Shown here in pieces: positions 55,747 to 64,000 of a stretch of DNA of 64,000 nt. Each line of letters starts with the position of its first letter. Within the stretch, counting starts at the first letter, position 1. Origin of the DNA: Podarcis vaucheri (Eukaryota). The position numbers and the translations under genes are program-made. The notes beneath the pieces were generated by a model. It was given only the letters and a program-made list of their open reading frames with translations. It did no database searches and was not told the origin of the DNA. The stretch is from the NCBI GenBank assembly GCA_965113315.1, contig OZ220367.1, one strand, 5' to 3'.

Positions 55747-56440
55747 ACATGGAGCACTTGGACTGTCTGGAGGACAGTGATGCAAACTTCTCATTGGTTA
55801 CATTTCTTTATTTCCCCCTTCTTTTAATCCTCTTTAGTCCCTTAAATAATTTAATTCCCCCTTTTCCTGTTCAATTTCCCACCCCACCCCTTACCCTGCC
55901 CTGTGGGAAGATTCTCCCTGTATCTGTGGCTTGCCTTTCTTTCGCAAAAAGGTTTCCCCCATTTCTCCTGTTGTAAATTGTGGGGCTAGTCAGGGCTGTT
56001 CCCAGCTTAGCTGGAATCACTTTCGTTTATAGCACCCCGAAGGTTGGCTTTATTTGAGTGTGTGCAGCGCTGTTGGCCAAATTTTAATCTAGCCTTGGGC
56101 GGGAGCACTATTTTGAGTTCCTTTAATATTGCTATGAGACTAAGATTCTCAAGAGCAGAGGCATGGAGGCCTATTCGGCCTGCGCATAACTTCCGAGCCT
56201 AAGTATGCTACAGGTAGCAGTTAATTGTTAAGTCTCTGACCTCTCTATAAGAATGTACCTGCTTGCAGGCTCAGTTGCCGCTAATGTATATCTGAGGCAG
56301 ACAGAGGGCGGCAGAGGCTCTCTGTGCCTCCAATGACTATGAGCACTCCGTATATGCTCTTGAACTATGCTGTTTCTGAACAAGTTTATTTTCTTTAAGT
56401 TTGTTTTGCCCTGATAGTGGCGACTGCCATTTTAGAGGCG

Positions 56441-56515
56441 AGCCATTGTGGTTTAGTGGCTAAAGTGTAGGACTAGGACCTGGGAGACAGGGTTCATATC
56501 CCCCTCTTAGCCATT
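56441..56515 (+). mobile_element. old tRNA-type SINE head inside the Ngaro interior
   Basis: TGTGGTTTAGTGGCTAAAGTGTAGGACTAGGACCTGGGAGACAGGGTTCATATCCC shows degenerate A and B boxes. Confidence 0.55.
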
Positions 56516-57292
56516 GTTATAACAAAACAAAACAAACTGCTCCTTTTGGGCTATTCTGTTGCTGGGTAGTTCGGCCCATTTGTGATAAAAGAACTTTGGG
56601 TTTCTTGAAGGGGTGCTTCCCTCTAAAAGGGCAAGCAGGGGTGCCTGGACAAGCTGTGGGCTGCCTCAACTCTGCTATTTCACTGGAAACATTTATGCCT
56701 GGCCTAGCAGGTGATCCAAGGGCTTTGCCCTAGAATTCGATGGCCTGGAAGCATTTCCGGCCTGAATAGTGTCCCCATGTGGTCCACGAAGCATTGGTTT
56801 CACCAGTTCCTTACATTGTTTAGTTTTTGCGGACTATGACTGGGCTTTTGCAAATGCCTCAAGAGCTTGCCTCTCCTGCAGGGGATGACTTGTGGACGCC
56901 CCAGCTGTCTTCTTCCAGAAGGAAGCATCTTCGAAGGCTGCAATCCAGGAGGAGGGCAAAGAGGAGCAGGGATCATGATTCAGACATCACCTTGGACCTC
57001 TACAGGGGTCAGGGTGAGGCTGTCCTGGGTCTTTAGGGATCGTCCTGGATAGCTCAGCTGGTCAGCGCATAGTGCCGGTAATGCCTAGGTTGCAGGATTG
57101 GTCCCTATATGGGACAGCTGCATGCTCCCCCATTGCTCTACCTGGACACTTAGGTCCAGTCTCGAGGGCCTTTTGGTGGTTCCCTCACTGCGAGGGATGT
57201 AACAGGCGCCACGTTTGCAATATGCAAGCGGGAGAAAGCACCTTTGTGTGCCCGCACTGCAGTTTGCTCTGTGTGTTGCAGGGCTCAGCGCT

Positions 57293-57940
57293 GCACGGGC
57301 TGCATTTGCATTGCATTGCGTGAGAGATTTGCATTTGCATTGCACGGAGGTTGTGTGCATTGCACAGAGGGTGTGTGTGCATTGCACAGAGGGTGTGTGT
57401 GCATTGCACAGAATGTGTGTGTATTGCATAGAGTGTGTGTGCATTGCACGGAGGGTGTAGTGGCATTGCACAGAGTGTGTGTGTGTTTTTTGTGTTGTTG
57501 TTGTTTTTTGCATTGCACAGAGAGTGCATTGCACAGAGTGTGTAGTTGCATTGCATGGAGGGTAGTTGCATCGCACAGTGTGCGTTTTTGCATTGAACGG
57601 AGTGTGTAGTTGCATTGAACGGAGTGTGTAGTTGCATTGCATGAAGTGTGTAGTTGCATTGCACGGAGTGTGTAGTTGCATTGCATGAAGTGTGTAGTTG
57701 CATTGCATGGAGTGTGTAGTTGCATTGCACAGAGTGTGTAGTAGCATTGCATGGAGGGTAGTTGCATTGCATGGAGTTGCAATGCGTTTTTGCATTGCAC
57801 GAAGTGCGTTTTTGCATTGCACTGAGTGTGTAGTTGCATTGAACGGAGCGTGTAGCTGCATCGCACGGAGTATAGTTGCATTGCTTGGTTTGTGTGAGCA
57901 CTGCACGGAGTGTGTTTTTTGCATTGCACAGAGTGTGTGT
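57293..57940 (+). repeat. ~22-bp minisatellite (GCATTGCACRGAGTGTGTAGTT)n
   Basis: Roughly 30 degenerate tandem units anchored on TGCATTGCA. Confidence 0.93.
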
Positions 57941-57967
57941 CTGAAAAGGAAGCTGGCTCGGCAGCAG

Positions 57968-58060
57968 TTTTGTCGGGACTTTTTTAGCGGTTCTGGCCAG
58001 CGTCGGCCCTGTAAATTTACGTATTATGATGGCAGCACAAGATGCCCCCTGCCCAAGCGG
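57968..58060 (+). pseudogene. degenerate Ngaro gag C-terminal Cys/His finger
   Basis: FCRDFFSGSGQRRPCKFTY..., compare CWxFNxGxCxxxxCKFxH. Confidence 0.55.
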
Positions 58061-58099
58061 GGCTGGAAGCTGGCAAGCAATAGCTCAATACCTTTTGCC

Positions 58100-58935
58100 C
58101 ATATTCCATTTTATTTAGGGATCCAGTTGGATATCGTTGCTAAAACATACCACTTGCCTATGGAGAAGCTGTCTGCCTTGAAGGAAGTTATTTTGTAATA
58201 CTTCCTCTGTAGCAAGTGATGCTTCATCAGATCTGATCTTGCTGGGTCACTTAATTAATCTTGCATGCAGAGTGGTTGCCCCAGGCCGCCCCTTCCCTTC
58301 CCACTAGGCCAGGCTGCCTGGGGCCTGAGGTCCCCTTACCTTTCTCATGCAATGGTTGCAATTCCTAAATGTTGAGGTCCCCTTACCTCTCTCATGCAAT
58401 GGGATCTCATGCAATGGTTGCAATTCCTATATGTATGCAATAGTAGTTGGCCATGGCAGGATACTTGCACAGGGATTTTTCAGGTTCATGCTGATGCTGC
58501 TGGATCTTTGCCCTTTGGGTTTTTTTTTTTTATTTATTTATTTCAGGGGCTGCTGGTGTGCAAAGCTATGGCCTCAAGCCCGGTATGGTGAGGCAATCAT
58601 GTGACCTAACTTTTGAGTTTTCCCCATTGTAGTAGCAGTTCACATGTGGCCCGAGGAGTTCAGTGACCATCGGATCTGCTTTTGGTCTGATAACCAGGTA
58701 GTGGTGAGCGTCTTGGCTAAACAGTTCTCACGCTCCAGCAGAGTCTCCGCCCCTCCGCTCACGCTTTTGAGCTGCACCGCTTAAGGTTTAATATTGTGCT
58801 TTCTGCTCTCCTGATTACGGGATCCTCTAATGATGTCTCTGATACTCTATCCCATTTTCAGATTGAGCGCTTCAGATCCTGGGCTCCAGACACTCAGCTA
58901 TTGCCAGACTTTTCCAGACCACCTGTGGCATTTTG
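58100..58935 (+). pseudogene. RT C-terminus + RNase H (frameshifted; RT catalytic core missing)
   Basis: YLGIQLD..YHLPMEKL, LGHL..ACRVVAPGRPF, WLQFL, VHADAAGS, EFFPIVVAVHMW, FWSDNQVVV, NDVSDTLSHFQ..FR. Many stops and frameshifts. Confidence 0.88.
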
Positions 58936-58959
58936 ACAACAATTAGTAATTACAGAGAG

Positions 58960-59820
58960 CAGCAGCTTCCATTTCCCCTTCTGCTTTTAGCTCTTATGGG
59001 AAGGCCTGGATGGATTTCTTAGCCTTAAGCTGGCAGTCCTCGGCCATTCAGATGAACTGGCCCCCATCCTCTGAGCAGATCCTGCAGTATTTGGTCCACC
59101 TGCCGCAGATTGGGCGGGCTGTTATAACTATAAGAATTCAGTCCGCTGCAATGTCTGTTATACTGAAGATTTATTTTTCAGAGACCCTTGCATAAAGTTT
59201 GTAATGCGCAGGGCCTTGGAAGGTTGGAATAGGCTCCAACCTCATAGGACAGTGGGCAGGAAGTCGGTCAATTTTATCTATGCAGGATCTGCAACAAGTT
59301 AAAACTTGTCTGCTGGTAAAAGATCAAGGCGAGACTCCTTTCAGTATTCCATTGCATTTTGGGCACTGAGGGTTGGGGAAATGGTTGTTGGAGCCAGCAC
59401 AGGGCTGAGAGTCTGGAGGCTTATTGCTTCAGGACTTTTCCTTATTTGCTTTGGAGCTTGTCATTAGAGTTGGGAACTCTAAAACAGACTTAGTGGGCAG
59501 GAGTGCCACAATCAGGCTTCCCATTACAGATGAGGAGGGCCCTTGCACGGTTATGGATACCAGAAAAATTTGGCTTTTCATTCCCCTGGGGGCTGGCCCA
59601 CTCCTAGTGCATGAAAATGGGTTCCCATTAGCCAGGCATTAATGTGCTTACATCGTGCACCAGTTATCACGGCCTGCGGCTTGCCTACCGCTGAACACTC
59701 CTCATTCCTTACGATTAGGTGCTGCTGCAAAGGCTGCACACTGGGGGCCTGTCAGTAGACAGGATTTTGAATACGGGTCATTGGAAGTCTGACGCTGACG
59801 AGGGTTATATCAGGAAGTGT
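58960..59820 (+). pseudogene. tyrosine recombinase (frameshifted)
   Basis: SYGKAWMDF, WPPS, ALEGW, LRVGE (59366), SKTD (59478), PLLVHENG.PL, HSLRLGAA (59703) and GHWKSDA..GYIR (Tyr at 59806) give the R-HxxR-Y signature. Confidence 0.9.
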
Positions 59821-59869
59821 CACAATGATGTCTGTGCTGATGCTTGTCTGTTATTTCCTTTTCTCATAG

Positions 59870-60180
59870 GAGCAGCTGTGCACATTTGGGCCACAGCATT
59901 GTAGACTGGGCTGGCAAGCGCGCTGACAAGTCTGGACTGGGGCGCCATCTCAGTCTTCCTGCCCATGTGAACATATGCTGGATGTCCAGATGGGGAATGC
60001 TTTGGGAGGAGGTCCTTCCTTTGGTGCGGTCGAGTGTGACCTGTGCAGGTCCTCCCGCAGTGCTGGTGGTACAGCTAGGCGGGAATGATTTGCCGTCTTC
60101 CTCCAGCATAAGTTTGCATTCCTGCATGCAAGAGGGCTTGGATTGAGTTGATGGCAGCTCTCCCTGGACTCAAAATAATT
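59870..60180 (+). pseudogene. degenerate, 3'-truncated SGNH hydrolase (copy 1)
   Basis: VHIW/GHSIVDWA..W..RWGMLW..PPAVLVVQLGGND. It is frameshifted, has a stop, and lacks the DxxH block. Confidence 0.85.
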
Positions 60181-60359
60181 TAAGGCATTTGGTTCAAGGT
60201 GGTCTGGAGGGGGGTTGGAGCACCTGTCCCCTCCAATGCGCAAAGATATTCCATTAAAGGAAACCAAGGATTTGCCATGCTTTGTCAACCCCCTTTCGAG
60301 GGGTAGGGCCACGCAAGAGTCCCTGGGAGCATTTGGGGTGAGCTTGAGTCTGATCCTGG

Positions 60360-60900
60360 TTCATTGCTCCCCCACGCTGTTTACTTGTTCTGACGATATG
60401 GTGGGGCCCAGTCGTCAGTGCTGCTCTGCTGAGGTCAGATGCAGCTAGTCGGGAACCAATGCCTAGACAAACTACCACCGAGCAGGCCAGAAAGCATGTT
60501 AATATGGCGGTGGAAAATAAAATAAAATAAATAAAGTAAATAAAATAAAATAAAATAACATATAAAATAAAATAGGTCCTTGCTTTAGGTGGTTCTGTGA
60601 TATTGCACCCTGCTATTTTCTTCAAGACTGTTCCCCTCTTTGGGGCAGATGGGGGGTGCATCTTTCCCCTATGGGGAACGACACCTGGCGGGATGCGATT
60701 GCCTTGGGATTCATTGCTCCCCCACAATGTTGCTGGTACTGACAATATGGTGGGGCCCAGTCGTCAGTGCTGCCCTGCTGAGGTCAGGTGCAGCTAGTCA
60801 GGAACCAGTGCCTAGACAAACTACCACCAAAGAGGCCGGTAAGCATGTTAATAAGGAAGTGTAAAATAATAAAATAAAATAAAATAAAGAATAATAAAAT
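60360..60900 (+). repeat. diverged direct repeat pair (60360-~60560 and 60710-60900), remnant B-type ends of the older element
   Basis: Both copies read TTCATTGCTCCCCCAC...ATATGGTGGGGCCCAGTCGTCAGTGCTGC...GCCTAGACAAACTACCACC...(AAAAT)n, with multiple substitutions. Confidence 0.85.
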
Positions 60901-60907
60901 TCTTCAG

Positions 60908-61482
60908 GTCGGGCCGCTATCCGTATCTGGATAGTAGGGCACAGTATTGTGCATTGGGCTGCGGACAGAGCTCGTCAGTCTGGACTGGGCGATGGCCTGG
61001 GCTTTCCGCAGCACGTACAGTTGTCCTGGATCTCCAGAAGGGGGATGCTGTGGAGGGAATTCTTACCTCTCATGCAACGGCGTGTCCTACGGTTTGGCCC
61101 TCCTTCGGCGATCATGGTGCAGCTCGGGGAGAACGATATGGTTTCCTCTTCCTGCTATGGGCTGCGTGCTGCCATATTACAGGACCTTGGAGAGCTGGCG
61201 GCACTGGTGCCGTCAACTAAGCTAATTTGGTCACAGCTATTGCAACGCCACATTTGGCGAGGTAGTCCTTGCCCAGCCGCCACCGAACGTGTAAGGAAGC
61301 GGATTAATTCTGCGGCAAGCAAGCTGGTGGTGAATCTGGGCGGGTCTGTGATCCCTCACCCTCTGATTTCATTCAAGGCGATTGAATTTTATAGGGATGA
61401 CGGGGTTCATCTCTCGCCAGTTGGGAATGATGTGTGGTTGGATGCTATGGTGTCCAGGCTGAGGGTGTGGCTTAATTTGTGA
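60908..61482 (+). CDS. intact SGNH/GDSL-family hydrolase of the Ngaro element (probably a spliced exon)
   Basis: Open frame 60898-61482. Block I IWIVGHS, block II G (RRGM), block III QLGEND and block V DGVH are all present. There is no ATG before the catalytic Ser, and the frame is preceded by TTCTTCAG. Confidence 0.85.
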
Positions 61483-61511
61483 GTGGTTGGCGGCGAGCGT
61501 AAGGGCTCGAA

Positions 61512-61932
61512 TGGCGGTTAGGCATTGGTTAAAATTGGTTGGTGGAGGGGTATGGATTGGCTGTGCCTGCCCCTCCAATGCTGCTGCAGACGGGTATTCC
61601 GTTAAAGGAATTCTGAAGCTTACCATCCCCCTCGTCCAAACCCTGACGGCAGGGTGCGGGCCGTGTAAGCTTCAAGGAACATGCGCGGAGCAGTGAGAGT
61701 CTGTGACGCAGCTCCATCTGACTCTGACCATGTTTCCTCCGGGACTGGCTACGGAGTCAGTGCTGTCCCCCCAAGGCGGGGGGGGACAGGTAGTCATAAC
61801 CAATGCCTAAGCAACCACTCTCAATTTGTATAAAAATAAAGTTGTGGCCAAAATTATGCCAAAAACCTTAAACAAAAATTACGTGTGATGTCTGAGTTAT
61901 TGGGGTAGGGGTTTTGGGGGACCTCAGCACGC
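61512..61932 (+). repeat. Ngaro repeat B1 (421 bp)
   Basis: Identical by eye to 62318-62738 (offset 806). Contains AATAAA at ~61835. Confidence 0.95.
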
Positions 61933-61935
61933 AAA

Positions 61936-62149
61936 GCGTGTTCTCATAAAAGAGAGAGCACGTGTTGCGGATGGGGCCGAACAAAACCCCCAGTTAGTGA
62001 CCAGGCCATTGATGGCAATGGGCTGGAGTAGATTGGAAGAAGTTGTTACTGGGGCAAAATTGATGTTGCCAATTTAGGGGTGGGGTCAGACCCCTTATAT
62101 AAGCAGGGTCCACAGCTTTCTCTTTCTCTTTCGCTGTGGACATCGGATC
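61936..62149 (+). repeat. Ngaro repeat A2
   Basis: Identical by eye to A1, including the CCAAT, GC-box and TATA motifs. Confidence 0.95.
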
Positions 62150-62317
62150 TCCCGCCCGCCCTCCCTTGATTTGGGCTTGCGCTTTGACCTTGCTCTGCCT
62201 GTCATGGGGTCGTTCGCCTTGGTGCGGGGGCCCAGTAGGAATTTGTCCAATTGGCTGATTAGTGCGTGCCTTTTGGGTTTTGCCTACTGCTTAGCAAATC
62301 GTCACAACTTGTAAGGT

Positions 62318-62738
62318 TGGCGGTTAGGCATTGGTTAAAATTGGTTGGTGGAGGGGTATGGATTGGCTGTGCCTGCCCCTCCAATGCTGCTGCAGACGGG
62401 TATTCCGTTAAAGGAATTCTGAAGCTTACCATCCCCCTCGTCCAAACCCTGACGGCAGGGTGCGGGCCGTGTAAGCTTCAAGGAACATGCGCGGAGCAGT
62501 GAGAGTCTGTGACGCAGCTCCATCTGACTCTGACCATGTTTCCTCCGGGACTGGCTACGGAGTCAGTGCTGTCCCCCCAAGGCGGGGGGGGACAGGTAGT
62601 CATAACCAATGCCTAAGCAACCACTCTCAATTTGTATAAAAATAAAGTTGTGGCCAAAATTATGCCAAAAACCTTAAACAAAAATTACGTGTGATGTCTG
62701 AGTTATTGGGGTAGGGGTTTTGGGGGACCTCAGCACGC
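62318..62738 (+). repeat. Ngaro repeat B2
   Basis: Identical by eye to B1. AATAAA at 62641 followed by a GT-rich tract suggests a poly(A) site. Confidence 0.95.
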
Positions 62739-64000
62739 AAATAGCAGACAGATGAAGAATCAGAAGTTCTTTCTTTTTATTTTTTCTTCCTTTCTCTCTT
62801 CTCTCGTTTTTTCTCCCTTTTGGTTTCTGTTTTTATTTAGTTTTATTATTTTTGATAAAAAGATATTGGACATTAACCTTATTACATTTTCTTTCAAACT
62901 TTAATAATAGTAGATGTGCATGAGACAAAAGGATGTCTGGAATTTGATTGGCAGAGTTGTTGCTATTTGCAGTAAGCAGCCCTTCCAGGGGGCAAATAAT
63001 AGCTGTGGGGAGGACCAGGAGTGCTTCTCTGATCCAGACTGAAGCACATTCCAGTTGGAAGGTCCATACAGCTTCTTTTCCTTCAAAACAAAAGCAGCCA
63101 GCTTTGACAAAGCTTCTAAAATAAGTGTGACTAACGTAACACTTTGTTTGGATCTAATCAATCCCAATTCTGTGTTCTAAATGTGATTGTGATGTTTTGC
63201 TAGGGAGTCAAGACGAAACCAGAACTGATGTGTATTCACCGATGTTGTTAATGTGTTATGCTTGACAAAATTTTCATAAGGAGTTGGGTTTCTGAGCATA
63301 TTTTTGCCCTTGCTGGTTTATATTTCTTCCAATGGCCAAAAATAAATCTGTACTGTTTCATCCTTTACAAAAATGTGACATGCACGTTAAAAAGTGCTAA
63401 GTAAAACTGACGAATCTTGCATCTTCTTTTCTAGGTTAAGCTAGATAATTTTGCAAAGCCAGATTTTATGCTCTTTGAACATTGAGTCCATTGAGTAACT
63501 CAGCTTCATGTCTCAATTATTTAATTCCAAGTCCACGGAGAGATTCTTAAAATAACGGCTTCAGAGGCCCAATGCCAAGAATTGGGATGGTAGCAGAGCA
63601 CATTATGGACTGCGCGAAAAGCAAATGTTGACAGTTAAAAGCGCGTCAACTTCTATGCTTTTAAAGCTGTGTGAAGTGGAGAGAAGCAGAATCTTCTGCA
63701 GACAGTAGATTCTACTTTCCCCAACACACTGAAAATAATACTCGCTGGCCAATTAAATGCTGGAAAAGTGAGGCTAAAAGAGATGAGGCTAGATTTGACC
63801 TAGTTAGTTTCATTTAAGTTCTCAGAGCGATAAAAGGAGCAGGAAAGGAAGGAAATCAGCAAAGCACACCAGATAGTTTCCTAAATTACGAGAGGCAAAA
63901 CACTCCTGAGGAATACTCAAGAACATAAAAATGATTATCTCTTTTCTTAACTCTCTGTGAAATCAACGACTCCACATCTGTTTGCTATAATATTTAATGA

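Larger units (their letters stand above)
55533..62738 (+). mobile_element. Ngaro-type tyrosine-recombinase retrotransposon (non-autonomous, composite)
   Basis: Split direct repeats A1 (55533-55746) ... B1 (61512-61932), AAA, A2 (61936-62149), spacer, B2 (62318-62738). Gag, RT/RNaseH, YR and hydrolase remnants occur in Ngaro order. No TSD. Confidence 0.93.

Noticed and set aside
55749-55802. ATG mini-exon (MEHLDCLEDSDANFSL) as the hydrolase leader
   Set aside because: The only nearby donor (TTG|GTTACA) is weak and phase 0, whereas both hydrolase acceptors need phase 1.
57085-57929. Long Cys/His-rich ORFs (279, 238, 214 aa) on the minus strand
   Set aside because: They are artefacts of the minisatellite, which is open in several frames.
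57293-57940. CRISPR-like array
   Set aside because: The units are contiguous tandem repeats with no unique spacers, there are no cas genes, and the DNA is eukaryotic.
61512-61932. Hammerhead or HDV ribozyme in repeat B
   Set aside because: I could not find a CUGANGA...GAAA core or a convincing nested double pseudoknot by eye.
61487-62523. Duplicated short ORFs (61487/62266, 61529/62335)
   Set aside because: They are chance frames within the identical B repeats and contain no recognisable motifs.

Overview
This is AT-rich, gene-poor vertebrate genomic DNA, almost certainly from a squamate reptile. The Sauria-SINE subfamily, Bov-B, CR1 and L1 content suggest a lacertid lizard (inference). I found no convincing host protein-coding exon, so the window is probably intronic or intergenic. 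Most recognisable content is transposable elements: Sauria SINEs, a tRNA-Ile/CR1-tail SINE, CR1/L2/RTE/L1 fragments, Tc1/mariner, hAT and Harbinger-type MITEs, a Gypsy LTR+gag relic, solo-LTR-like repeats, and a probable DIRS1 relic. The highlight is a 7.2-kb Ngaro-type tyrosine-recombinase retrotransposon at 55533-62738. Its split direct repeats (A1...B1-A2-spacer-B2) look identical by eye, which implies recent mobilisation. Its gag/RT/RNaseH/YR interior is nevertheless a heavily decayed, apparently older element carrying its own degenerate hydrolase and B-like ends. The only intact reading frame is an SGNH hydrolase with no ATG before its catalytic serine. It begins at a phase-1 splice acceptor, as does the degenerate paralog, suggesting env-like spliced expression. 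The B repeat folds into a conserved, covarying RNA structure, and A2 is a full promoter copy that could drive a separate short RNA. All alignments and motif assignments were made by eye.
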